Both the position numbers and the translations under genes were made by a program. DNA of 62,873 bases, counting the filler, from Nemertoderma westbladi (Eukaryota > Animalia > Xenacoelomorpha), in assembly GCA_032718475.1 (NCBI GenBank). It is 3 parts of 3 records of this genome, joined end to end, with 100 filler letters (N's around TTAATTAATTAA, not from the genome) between each part and the next. Parts side by side here need not be neighbours in the genome. Positions count along the whole stretch, not along the records: positions 15,882 to 41,226 come from JAUCBJ010006000.1; positions 41,327 to 62,873 come from JAUCBJ010007950.1; 1 more part is not named here. One strand, written 5' to 3'. Positions 40,866-53,329 of the stretch are shown one piece after another. A model generated the notes under the pieces. That model was not told the origin of the DNA, did no database searches, and saw nothing but the letters and a program-made list of their open reading frames with translations. Position 1 is the first letter of the stretch; each line of letters begins with the position of its first letter.

Positions 40866-41226
40866 CGAACAGTATTATTATACACCTAACTGCGTGGTAT
40901 ATTTATTTTGTGCTAACTGCAAACCCGGACAATATTATTATACACCTAACTGCATTGTCTATTGTTGTCTTTACTGCACTCTAAGTGATTAATACGACCA
41001 GACATTTCAGGACTTCTGTATGTTCTGGATCCTGATTTTTATTTGGATTTTCGATTAACAGAAACTTGTCAAAGTTTACTGTAGTTTATCGTATGAAACA
41101 GGGTTTTGAAAACTTCAGATCAGTTTATTATCGTTCTATTTATTGCAAGGGACCAGTGACATCACTACCCAACCCATGGTATAATATGTTTATAACTAGT
41201 AATATTTACATAGAAAACCCGAACAT
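40866..41226 (-). mobile_element. Third copy of the YR element 3' flank (runs into a gap)
   Basis: Reverse complement of ~35963-36323. Confidence 0.85.
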
Positions 41227-41326
41227 NNNNNNNNNNNNNNNNNNNNNNNNNNNNNNNNNNNNNNNNNNNNTTAATTAATTAANNNNNNNNNNNNNNNNNN
41301 NNNNNNNNNNNNNNNNNNNNNNNNNN

Positions 41327-42939
41327 CACTTTATCAGACCAACTCTACACACACCGCAATCTCTCCAAACTCAACAACAGTCAGACAGCAGCTCAGCCTA
41401 CAATTATCTGAACAATCTGAGCAGGGTCACACGCCTTCTGCTCAATATTAGCCTACTAGTAAATAAAACCGACAGAAATAAGTAAACTATACAAAAGAAT
41501 GAGGGGTGATCAATCCCTATTCCCCTGGCAGCCTACAATATACAATAGATCACAATCGAAATAATACTAAATGTACTTGTACAGCAGTACCGGTACCGGT
41601 GATGACAGTTAGGCCTACTGACCTACAGAAGTACCGGTTCAGTTTTACCGGTCACTACGGTATTTTGCAACCTTATTGCCTACTGCAATAAGATTATAAC
41701 TGTTACTGTTCGCGCTTTTGAAGACCTTTAGCAGTTTAACCTGCCAAAATTTATATGTCTTTTAGTTAATTAACACACCTTTAGCATACGACAATATTTT
41801 ATGCTAATAAACAAAACATTAGCCGAAGCCAGCCCATGCGCGATCATTCACCCGATGGATCTACACCCGGGAGGCTGAATTCGGATGCTTAGATTTTATT
41901 ATTGCAGTGTAAGGTTGCAGTGTAAGCCTACTGTATTATTCGATTGATCGCTAATATGTAATTTCTGACAGATATTATTAACTTTCGGGAAATATTAACA
42001 GTTCCTTTAGGACGTGGCGCTCTATCTATTTAAACAGAGCTAGGACTTATACTAAACGCAACGATAAGGCTTATGATTAAAGTATAAGTCGCATTCTTTA
42101 GGAAATGCTTTGTTACCAGTCACATCACACTCACAATCATGCACACTATTCTGCCGACCGTCAGTATATTTGATCACACATAAAGAGAACAGCAATTGAC
42201 TCAGGTAGTGTCTACTAAATAACATTAGATTCAATACATACCACATTGATATAAATCGCAATTGTTATATATAGCCCGCCTCTCTAACCTGTAGTGTATC
42301 AAGAAAATTGGGAATTTTGGGTGATTTATCCGTATTCTCCAAAGAGCAATATTTCCATTAACAAATAGATACAATTAATAACTGACGGTAAATAGCAGTA
42401 CAAACAATATGATTAGTGCAGTTAAATTAAGTGAGGTAACACCGCCGGTAACAGTTATACTTTCTATAATCTAAGCAGTTTACTAGAGTTCTTCCCAAAA
42501 AGCCGGTGTTTCTGGCTTAGACAGCAATAACAACAAAGTATCAAGTAAGGCAGTAAGACTGAACACTCTCCTTATGATCGGCTGAAAAGCTACACGTCGA
42601 CAGGAAAAATCGCTCTGATTGGCTCAAGCCAAACAAAGAACTATGCGTCCAATGGCTGTTTCCATGTCAGCAACCAGCTGTTAGATGTCGTAATATGAAT
42701 CATCACGGCTAAGCTGTGAAAGGTAGTTGGTGCATTACAGGTTTTTTGCCTTACCATGTCCGCCAAAACACGTATATAGCAGAATGACTTTTATGTCCGT
42801 TAAAACACCTGTAACGGTACCTTGCGGGCGAGGGGAATATATATACAGTTAGAGAACCTTTTTAGAGTATTCTAGCGCCTGGGGGGAAACTGGATTGCGA
42901 AGCAAAAGGGGCCAGTTAGATCCCACAGAAGCTTTTACA
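41327..42939 (-). mobile_element. Long LTR, copy B, inserted into a BEL/Pao pol
   Basis: Co-linear with 438-2148; ends ...GCTTTTACA, immediately followed by BEL RNase H codons (N-R-L-T-A-I). Confidence 0.7.
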
Positions 42940-42940
42940 G

Positions 42941-44926
42941 AACCGCTTGACAGCCATTAGATCCCATACGGATAGCATCCACGCAACATGGAGATTTTGT
43001 CCAGGTCAATCTAACCCTGCAGACATACCCACACGAGGAATGTCAATCAAACAGTTGTCGAAAGCTACACTCTGGTTCAATGGACCACAATTTCTCTCAC
43101 AGGAGGTAGAAACATGGCCAATTAATATTATAATAAAACAAAGTGATGTAAGCAGTGATTGCTTAAAAGAAATAAGACAAGCAATTCTTACATCACACAC
43201 TTTAACAACAGTTGTTTCAGTTAGTCCACCCTCATTACTCAATGTGTATGATTACACAAAATACAGCTCAAAGTCAACTGTAATCCGTATATTAGGTTGG
43301 ATTCTGCGCTTTATTAACAACTGTAAATCAAAAGTAAAGAGGCAGCAATTAAAAATGGAGTGTATATTAGAATGTAGGGAATTAAACATCGCTCACCAAA
43401 CCATGTTGAAAGTATGCCAACAAACCCACTACTTTACCGAACTTAACTACCTTCATCACTCACAGGGAAATAAATGCCCTAATATAGTGAAACAGCTGAA
43501 TTTGTTTGTTGATTCAGAAGGTTTACTCCGTGCTAAGGGACGAATGACAAGTCCAGTAGTACCTTGGCATACAAAAAACCCTATATTACTTCCCCCTACT
43601 GATCATTATACTAAGCTGTTAATACGCAGTGCACACAATGATGTCAATCATTCAAGGGTGAGAAGTACACTCGCACAAATACGGGAACAATTTTGGATTC
43701 CTCGCGCACGTCAAATTATTAAAACAACAATACACAATTGTTCAATTTGCAAGAGAATACAAGGGAACCCATACACATCACCCCCCGTTAGCCCCTTGCC
43801 TATAGAAAGAACAGCAGAACTACCAGCATTTAGTCACGTAGGAATTGATTTCTGTGGACCTCTGAAAGTAGTCCGCACTTTGTCAGACCCCGAAGGATCT
43901 ACTATGAAAGTCTATGTGTGCTTATTTACATGTGCTGTAGTTAGAGCAGTACACTTAGAAACTGTAACCAGTTTACAAGTAAAATCATTTCTTCTCGCAT
44001 TTAACAGATTCATAAGTCGGCGAGGAGTTCCTTCACATATCTTTAGTGATAACGCTAGTACATTTAAACGTTCTTCTCAAGATTTCGATATATATAGAAA
44101 ATTCTTACATAGTGATTTGGTAAAGAAGACTTTCGGAGACTTATCCATCACATGGCATTTCAATATTGAGAGATATCCTGCAGCTTACGGGTTCATTGAG
44201 AGATGTGTAGGTATCATAAAGGGAAATTTGAGAAAAATGATAGGAAGAGCTGTGTTGACAGATGAAGAGTTTCAAACAGTACTAACTTCGTGCGAAGCTT
44301 CTGTAAACAGCCGTCCACTAACGTACATTTCGTCAGATAGCAATGATACTATCGATATTCTAACACCTAGCCATTTTCTTGTTGGGCGAAGAGTATGTGC
44401 ACTTCCAGCACCAAACGTAAGATCTCTCAATTTAGAATTAACCAAGTCAAACCTCATTAACAGAACTCGCTATCAGGAAATAGCCTCCAACTTTTTCTGG
44501 AGAAGTTGGAGAGAAGATTACTTACGCGATTTGAGAGATCGGCATAAAGTCAATAATCGTTCCGCAACATCACCTTTACTTCCATCAGTAGGAGATGTCT
44601 GTTTCCTATATGATCCAAAATTACCTCGATGTTTATGGAAGTTATGCCAAGTCATAGAACTGGTCAAGAGTAGGGATGGCCATATAAGGTCGGCAAAAAT
44701 AAAAATAGCCAATCGTAAAAAAGAAGCCACACAATTACATCGGTCAATTAGGCATCTAATACCACTAGAAATTCCTAACCCAGATCTTGACCAATCGGCC
44801 TTTAATAAGGTCCAATCTCAAGCAAGTGAAAAAGTGAAGGATAATTATTCAAATCCTAACAGAAAATTTAGTCGATTCCCACGATCTACAAAAACAAATT
44901 TGTATGATGGGTTTTATAAAATCTAA
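42941..44926 (+). mobile_element. BEL/Pao LTR retrotransposon pol 3' part (RNase H end and integrase)
   Basis: WRFCPGQSNPADIPTRG, LWFNGPQFL, HHCC zinc finger, GIDFCGP, FTCAVVRAVHLE, SDNASTF, VNSRPL, LTPSHFL, SRDGHIRSA. Confidence 0.92.
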
Positions 44927-45264
44927 GCCAAAATTGTATTATTACATACATAAATATGTATTCACTGCACGCACACACCACACATGCACAGCACGCACTA
45001 CGTTTACTTGTCACATAACCAAATATAATAGTAGAGTAGTCCGTAAGGTGTGTATTGCAGTATTTTGGTGGAGGTTATTATTATTAACGTACGAAGTGTG
45101 TTTATAGTAATTTGTATTTGTAGTAATATTACAGATACCTTGTAAAAGAACGGTAATCTGTAATGTTGCTAAATTATTATTAATATATCATTTGTGCTTT
45201 TACGTTGTTTTTAGGAATGTATACAGTTGTCTATCGTTTCATTTAACAATAGACAAGAGGGCGG

Positions 45265-45512
45265 TGTGGCAAATTCTGTATAATGCAACATTAACTATCT
45301 TAATTAGTAATTTATTCTAATTAGCCCTTTGACAATATCACACCATAACTCATTGTATACAGTCCTATTCCTACAGTATAATGTGCATTGTTTGTACAGT
45401 AGTTAGTAATACGTTCAGCTGTAGTAAGTGAATGTAGTAATTAGTTATATATTGGACTTGAATCAAGATTTGTGTGCGTTACTCATTTATTCATTATATT
45501 AGTATTGTATTC
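45265..45512 (+). mobile_element. Probable BEL/Pao 3' LTR (right boundary uncertain)
   Basis: PPT AAGAGGGCGG (45255-45264) followed by TGTGGC. Confidence 0.55.
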
Positions 45513-46007
45513 AAAAACGCCCCATTTTGTTTATTTGAAACTTCCTGTCTTTATGACAAACTCATTTGACTTTGGTCAAACCAATTTACGCAATAATATA
45601 TATGGTTAATAATATAGTTTATAGAAAATTAATTTCCATTTTTTTCGAAAAAAAAAAATTCTTTTAATCTGGGCATAGTACGCCAATTTTTTATAACGTT
45701 ATAAACTAGACCGAAACTTGCTGCATTTGTTGCCCGATAACTCGAGAACGCAAGGAGACCATAAGAAACAGCTAATTATTTAATTATTAGTATTTAATTT
45801 ATTAATTATTTATTTAATTATTATTATCAATTATTTATTTAATTGTAATAATTATGAGCAAAAATTAACATCCTTTAACTAGCTTGGTTTTTAATGTAGT
45901 ACTTTTTATCTTGTCTGCTTCTTCTTATTATTATTAATATTGACATTATTATGTTATGGCGAGTAGGTTAATACATCGTTGGACATGAAACGCGGGAGGC
46001 GGGCATG

Positions 46008-46195
46008 GCGCCACACTAACTCCCAAGATTGAACAGTCCATAACTATCCAACTATTTCTTTACTCCCCCAGCGCGAGATTTGTTCCCATATTTCTCGGTT
46101 GGCGCACCAATTACGAAATTGTAACTTTCCTGTCACGGAATCGAACCCGGGACCTCCGAGCTACAAGCTAAGCGAGTCACCACTCCGCCAGAGAG
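46008..46195 (-). mobile_element. tRNA-derived SINE, family B
   Basis: Minus-strand A box TGGCGGAGTGG and B box GGTTCGATTCC; body shared with 26457-26595. Confidence 0.65.
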
Positions 46196-46443
46196 TTGTT
46201 CTTTTGTTTATATGCCATAGTATTTAGTGGCTGGATCGATATTTACGGTGGTATAAAAAGGTGTTTTGCGGCCAAAAATAAAACGGTTCTTCTCTTTGTT
46301 TCTGCCTCTGCCTCTACATTGCTATAGGCCCATTCAATGTAGATATATGGCTTATAAATTCAAAGGCGTTCGTATTTTAATGTCTCACTCCTTAATATTA
46401 TACTGTGGTAGATAATATTATTATTATTTTATTTTTATTTTAG

Positions 46444-46569
46444 ATCCGTGTGTGGGTGCGTACTGCGGGCAACAGGCCCACTGTGAGGTAATCGGACCAC
46501 TGGAATATGTCTGTCGATGTAATTTTGGTGAAATGGTCAACGCCGATTCCCACGTCTGCGAAATGAAGC
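46444..46569 (+). CDS. EGF-repeat protein, exon 1 of those visible
   Basis: ag|ATCCGTGT...AAGC|gtaagt; PCVGAYCGQQAHCEVIGPLEYVCRCNFGEMVNADSHVCEMK; 126 nt, phase 1-1. Confidence 0.88.
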
Positions 46570-47013
46570 GTAAGTATTTGTCCCTCATAAGTGGTTCATA
46601 AGTCACCACACTATGTTATGATAATGCTCTCCATAGCGAAAAATATCAACAACCTCTATTGGGGCTCGAACCCGGTACCTAGGTTTCAAACTTCCGGTTA
46701 TCATCAGCAGGGTGTGTGTGTCCTAAGAGAATTGAGCTACTAGTACGGATGAATATATATTTCGCTGAGGAGTGGGTTAACATATTTAGGACCTTTCCAT
46801 TCACTCTAAGGAAAGTACAACGTATATTAATCGACATCACCCCACCCCACAACAATTCACCTAATACTAAATCACCATTATTTACCATTCTCGGTATGGT
46901 AAATCTCAAACCTAGAGTTCTAACCTCACCCGGGCCACCTGAAATCTCATGTCATATAAACTCATTTAATATTAAGTTTCATAAGCCTAGAATATTTAAT
47001 TTCTGTTTTTTAG

Positions 47014-47139
47014 ACCCCTGTCGGACACCAACCAACGTTGAATGCAACGCAAACTCACATTGTCAGTTACAAGGCGACACAGAAACTTGTGTTTGTGACA
47101 AGAACTACGTTGCTGAGGGTGATATGTGTGTCCCAAGTG
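47014..47139 (+). CDS. EGF-repeat protein, exon 2
   Basis: PCRTPTNVECNANSHCQLQGDTETCVCDKNYVAEGDMCVPS; ag/gt, 126 nt. Confidence 0.88.
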
Positions 47140-47960
47140 GTAATGTCTCTTATTACTTTATTTGTAACATAAATTTTATTTCAGTTGCCTTATATTTTTT
47201 CACCGTGACGTCACACATGGCAATAATAGCAGAATAATTAATAGATAATTTATTAGTAAACATCACAGAATTGACAATCTAGCATCCATGGCAGCATTAT
47301 TCCTAGTTTATAGTTTATTGTTAATGATATTAATTAATGATGCGGCTACCTAGGAACTATGACAACAAAAAATCGAGTTGGTGGGTAACATTGATGGAAT
47401 CATATGAGGTCAATAATCGATTCATAACGAGATATAAGCCAATAATGGAAGGGAACTTTTGATAAATCAAAAGAGCGATCTTTAAGACGCATCGGTTTGC
47501 GGCTGCTTTCGGTGTGGTTGTCAATCACGGTCAGCGATATTATTCGTTGGGCGCGGCTCGGCCTTTACTTCCTGGTGGTATCGAACTGAGTTGTGGAGTC
47601 TGGTAGTGCCGGAGAATCTTCCATCCAAGTGTTTATGCTTACATGGCACGAAAGGAGGTCAGCGGGACATTTGGCTGTAAGCTTTGGTGTTGAGTTGTTT
47701 GATATCACTGTGCAGTGTTGTATTTTTACCTATTTCGTACTTTCGCTCCGAATTTTACCTTCTTCAGGTCCGAGGATATAATTTTCTATTATCTTAATCT
47801 ACTATTATCTTTTTTTTTATCAATGTTATAAATAAATATATATCATTAATTAAATATTATATATATATTTTATTTTTAAATACGTTAGCCATAGCCAGTC
47901 CCTAATAAATATATTAGACATGGAAGTTTAAATTATTTTATTTTTCATTGGTTTCTAAAG

Positions 47961-48086
47961 ATCCGTGCGATGAGATTACTTGTGGTCACAACAGCCATTG
48001 CATCGAGCTCGACATGCACAACCACAGGTGTGAATGCGACGATGGATACTGGAAAGACTTTGAAACAAATATGTGTATGAAAACAA
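47961..48086 (+). CDS. EGF-repeat protein, exon 3
   Basis: DPCDEITCGHNSHCIELDMHNHRCECDDGYWKDFETNMCMKT; ag/gtaagt, 126 nt. Confidence 0.9.
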
Positions 48087-48279
48087 GTAAGTTTACTATT
48101 AATTTCCACAATTAGTATCATTTAGGGCTTTTATTGTGTTGATAGGTGGTGACCAGGGTGTCTGGTTGGTGGCTTTGAGTCTGGGTGAGGAGTGCGGGAT
48201 GCTAATTATAGATCTTGAAGTGTAATTTTATAACTTAAACAGGGATTCACTATATTATACTTCCATTTTAATTTTCCAG

Positions 48280-48402
48280 CTGATTGCACCTCGGTATGGT
48301 GTCATGAGAATTCGCACTGCGTCATTAGGGGTGGTGGAGTTACGGAATGCGTTTGTAACGAAGGATTCGCATGCGATCGCGATGGACATTGCTTCAATCT
48401 CT
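48280..48402 (+). CDS. EGF-repeat protein, exon 4
   Basis: DCTSVWCHENSHCVIRGGGVTECVCNEGFACDRDGHCFNL; ag/gtaag, 123 nt. Confidence 0.88.
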
Positions 48403-50007
48403 GTAAGAAACTCTTTATTATTGAATATATATGTAATCTTCTACTTATTTAAGCTTTTCACTAACCAAGTACTCAAGGCTTTAATTTTAGATCTTCTGGG
48501 AATAATTATTATTACATTGGAAAAAAGTATTTAATTTTTTCACTTTTCTCGAGGCATTTTATATAAATGCCACTAGATTAATAAAGGGTCGAGAGAATAT
48601 TGAAAAAAATTATCCTACGTTTTTTTTCCCCATGTAATACGTAATTTTATTCGTCAATTGGTAATTTTGTAGTTAATTATGTTAATTCATTAATAAAAGA
48701 TGAAGCGATATACTGTTACAAAATATATTGAACTATAGTATTTTACTACATTGCTTCCATACTATAGTTACTGCGATTCAAATTATTGTACTCTTCAACT
48801 CCTAATTACTAGCTTTTGTACTGCGATGCTCTTTCAACACATGTAATACAATTTAAGAAACTCCAACAAAAATATGTTCACATTTTATTTTATTATATTT
48901 TTCGAAGGCTAGAAAGGAAGATCAATGCAATCATATGGGTTATTTTTATTCCTTAGGGAAAAAATTACTCAGTTTTTCCCGGTTTCGGGGTATATTCGTC
49001 CCAAAAGTATTAATTTGAGAACATTACAGTATTAGTTCATAGATTTGCCGATGATGTAAAAGCTTTTGCGTCCTTCAAGGCTGTTTTGAATTGCCGCCAA
49101 GCCCTGTACCCCACTTGCTGTGTTTTATCCATTGGTGAACTCATAGCCAAAATAATGTACTTTTCACATCCCAAAAGCAGGCGGGACGCCAAAGAATACA
49201 GCTAATTACCTGACTAGATGCATTCACTGTACATACTGTATATCTGACTGCTGACTGCATGTCAGTATTGTGCTGACCGTTGATTTACTGATCATACCGT
49301 CCGACCGGTGTAGGCACTGTGATAGTAACTTATGTAATTATTGTTTATGTTGTATAACTGTATCATCTTGGCACGTCATTCATACTGTATTGGATATCCA
49401 CGAATTGATTGTTCTTCACATCAGTGTTGGTGAGTGCTAGCGGGCTAAATAGTCTTTCTGGTTCAATTGCATTGGTGTGGATGAGCTTTATTATTTTGTA
49501 GCCCCCAACTTGATGAGAATATTCATATATGCGTTATTCATGAACAAAATTATCTAAAGGACATGATACAGCTGTGATCATTCGTAGCCTTATTATTGTA
49601 TGTAATTGCCGTAAGATATAGATAGACCTTTTTGATATCTTGAGCACAACACTCCGAACGGAACTGCTAGTACATTCTCTGTAAGCCCATATAAGTGTCA
49701 GGAATAATATTGTTAGAATCAATCGACTGATAACGCTGGATTCAATATTTATTATCAAACTCCCTTTGGGTCATACGGCACGCCGCCCAAGTTTGACTTA
49801 TATTTGGATGTTACTGGCCAAATTTGAGTAAGAATTCTGAAGTTGCACAAATTGTTTTGTGAGTAAAAGTCATTGAAGTTAAAAAGCGCGTACATTGTAT
49901 GCAGTTATTATAAGATCCTATGACCTTAATAATTTAATGAATCAGGACTTTTTCATTCTGTTTCATTTAAATTCTTGTTCCGTCTTTAACATTTTATTCT
50001 TTCGCAG

Positions 50008-50139
50008 ATCAATGTGAAGCAGAGCATATAAATAACTGTCCGGCAGACAGACGATGTGTCCACGTCAGTCCAACAACCCGACGTTGTGACTGTCTATCCA
50101 ATGAGATCATCGATAGTTCTGGAACCTGCGTGCCCAGAG
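50008..50139 (+). CDS. EGF-repeat protein, exon 5 (GC donor)
   Basis: QCEAEHINNCPADRRCVHVSPTTRRCDCLSNEIIDSSGTCVPR; ag / gcaagt, 132 nt. Confidence 0.8.
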
Positions 50140-50230
50140 GCAAGTATAACTATGTTTATTAACTACGATGTGAAAAATAAATTAAAATAATATATAGCAT
50201 CGCATTTGAATAAATAGGCGGCTTTCTTAC

Positions 50231-50640
50231 CGTGTTTTACGTGTGTCCTACGCGTGTTTCTTATCGTGTTTTACGTGTGTCCTACGCGTGTTTCTTATCG
50301 TGTTTTACGTGTGTCCTACGCGTCTTTCTTACCGTGTTTTACGTGTGTCCTACGCGTGTTTCTTACCGTGTTTTACGTGTGTCCTACGCGTGTTTCTTAC
50401 CGTGTTTTACGTGTGTCCTACGCGTGTTTCTTACCGTGTTTTACGTGTGTCCTACGCGTGTTTCTTACCATGTTTTACGTGTGTCCTACGCGTGTTTCTT
50501 ATCGTGTTTTACGTGTGTCCTACGCGTGTTTCTTATCGTGTTTTACGTGTGTCCTACGCGTGTTTCTTACCATGTTTTACGTGTGTCCTACGCGTCTTTC
50601 TTATCGTGTTTTACGTGTGTCCTCCGAGTGTTTCTTACCT
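50231..50640. repeat. 34-bp intronic minisatellite (~12 copies)
   Basis: Unit cgtgttttacgtgtgtcctacgcgtgtttcttac. Confidence 0.95.
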
Positions 50641-51285
50641 AGACGCCTTTACTTAAATCCTATAGACGAGGTGATTATATTATGTTTTAGTTAGTTTGAA
50701 TCTATTCAGCTATAGAAAGTGGTTTCGAATGGTATAATGGCACAGCAGAGCAGTCGTGGGTGTAGTAGAGTACGAGAGTATGGTTACTTCGACTATACAG
50801 TACAGTAGTACCAGTACTTGTCATGGACCTCACGGTACTAGTAGTATGGTAGACAGGTACCGGTCGTGTGCTGACGTGAGCAGAGACTCTGTGCGTCCGA
50901 CTAACTGTCAGGTGATTCATGGCAGACAGACGGTAGGACCTAACTGGTTGTTTCGATTGAATGAGCGGGTACTGAATGCACTTTTCCTCAGGTATACAGT
51001 TTGTTGTAGTAACGCTTCCGATCTTATTGAGGTCCACTTTCACATGCCTTTATCAATAGTACCAGAAAATTGGCCAACTGCAAACATTTGTGCAAGTAAA
51101 GATCTTCTAATTGATTTCTTGAATCTTGTCACGCGAAAGTTTTTTTTTCTTTATTGGGCAGCAGGGCCCGTCACTAGTGTCAGTTTTAACTGGAATTATA
51201 CAATATTTTGGATTAGTATACACCATATACAGTAATCTGTTTAATTATCATAATTTTGTTTATGATTAGTTTTGATTTGTTTTAG

Positions 51286-51411
51286 ACTCCTGCATATCTG
51301 CATTCTGCCCAGAGCACTCGCATTGCAACCCGCTAGACACCTTCAATCACGAATGCGTTTGCGAACCGGGATTCAATAAAAACCTACCAGGAACCGAATG
51401 TATCCCAGCTG
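51286..51411 (+). CDS. EGF-repeat protein, exon 6
   Basis: DSCISAFCPEHSHCNPLDTFNHECVCEPGFNKNLPGTECIPA; ag/gtaagt, 126 nt. Confidence 0.9.
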
Positions 51412-52215
51412 GTAAGTTAACCTTTGATCTCCCAACAAAAAAAGTATTATAATTAATATGATTTTTTAGAAAAGTCAACATTTACTCACACCTACTGTAT
51501 GATGAATTGAATGTTCCCACTACTGTGGGCCAAGCGTGGAGGTTAGTGAGCTTAGTATAGGGGTACCGCGGTTTCAACCGTTTTTTCTATGCGCTCTTTT
51601 CTTTCTATCTTTTGCAGTTGTCTGTATGTCGGCGAATTCTTGAAGATTTATAAATAACTCAGTCAATTTTTGAGTACCTTCAGTCAAACTTGGAACACAT
51701 CTAGTCAGTCAAAATTATTAAATAGAAATCCCATGGGGTTTTTGGGTTATTTTATTAAATTAAAAACAAATTCAATGCCTACAAAAATATATATAAAACC
51801 GATACCATTGTGATTCTATTTAATATCTTATGTGGTTGCGGCAGACTGCTATAGGTAGCTTAGTTAATTAAAAATTAACTCGGAAATTCATAGTGAACCC
51901 AAGTAGTGACTACAGGTGTGTGACATTGTGACAGACATTGTGTAACACAATCGTATCCAGAGTTTGTAGAAAGGGATAAAATACAAAAGCCCTAAAAATA
52001 TAGTATTTATATGGGCTGGGCGTTGTTACATTATATATAAATTGCTTGTAATCATCCACGCTTATAGTTAATAAAGGATTCCGTTGTTTGTGGTTGGGTT
52101 ACATACGATAATGTACTGTGATTTGTCAAGGGTTTTGTGAAGACTTGTGGTTTGATTAATTGGCAGTTGGTTGTATATTTAATATTTCATTACTATATTT
52201 TACAAATTAATTAAG

Positions 52216-52347
52216 ACTCGTGCGATGGAATCGTCTGCCAGATTGTCGATGCAGTCTGCATCAAGGTGAATGAACGGGATCACCGATGTGTCTGTAAAGA
52301 TGGATTCAAGTTCGCAGGGGGTTCTCCTGGCAGCTGCATTCCCGAAG
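52216..52347 (+). CDS. EGF-repeat protein, exon 7
   Basis: DSCDGIVCQIVDAVCIKVNERDHRCVCKDGFKFAGGSPGSCIPE; ag/gttagt, 132 nt. Confidence 0.88.
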
Positions 52348-53089
52348 GTTAGTCAATTTCAGTTATTAAGTAATAATAAAGACAAACAATATATTTTAAG
52401 AGGCACATCTTCCTTGTATAGTAAGGGTATTAACTTTTTCTTTGTTACATTCCCTTTAGTACTGGAAAAATTGTTGATGAAAATTTGTTTGCTCGTCTGT
52501 CTGTCTGTTTGTCCGTCTCCTGGCTAAATGTTTATATATCAATCAACGACTTGGCGAAATTTAATAAAATTTGACATGTTATGTTGATGTAAAGGAAAAA
52601 AGAAACAATTTTATAATTACAGCTATACATATATATAATATACATTATTTTTTCATTAATAGTTATAAAACGTTGTAAAAAAAGATCTCTAATTAACATG
52701 AAATAGTTTAAAACTAATCCGTTGTTTTTATTTATTGCATGTATTGAAATATAACATAACACAACAACTACTCTACTGTATATAACAAAATAGAAAAATA
52801 ATATAAAATAAAGATGTTGACTTGAATTCAGTGAGGAAGGGGGTTGGACATGGTCACATTTTACACCTTTAAAATGTAACCTGTAACCACATGTAATAAA
52901 ATGTAACATGTAATATTTATATTTCGTATTTTGCTTCTTGTAACTGGTGTGATATTATAATGTAGTTTTACTGCAGTACATTACGGTAAAACTTTATTTT
53001 ATAATGTAGTATAATTTAGTTTTTTGAAACATTCAATCTTACTGAGTCCCAAAATTGTTAATTCATATATAACGATTAAATTTTCCCAG

Positions 53090-53254
53090 ATATTTGCCAC
53101 AAAACCCAATGTGGAGCTCTGGCATATTGCGTAGTGGTAAATGTCGTTGTCCTGGATGACAGCGGATTCCCGACTGGCGTCGTCGAACCCCAGGGAAAGT
53201 GCCGATGTATAGCTGATCCTGGCGAAACAGACCTCAGTAAATGTCCAGACCCAG
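53090..53254 (+). CDS. EGF-repeat protein, exon 8 (extended C3-C4 loop)
   Basis: DICHKTQCGALAYCVVVNVVVLDDSGFPTGVVEPQGKCRCIADPGETDLSKCPDP; ag/gtaggt, 165 nt. Confidence 0.8.
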
Positions 53255-53329
53255 GTAGGTAATATGGTATTAGATTGTACAAAAATTGCCTGGGTTTGTT
53301 ACTATTAATAATAGAGTTTATAAAGTTTA

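Noticed and set aside
36324-40992. Long ORFs (SQDNDKELSL)n, (MIKNCLCLRI)n and (IILRQRQFFI)n
   Set aside because: Translations of the 30-bp satellite, open in several frames on both strands and shifting frame freely.
50232-50694. Three overlapping hydrophobic ORFs
   Set aside because: Translations of the 34-bp minisatellite.
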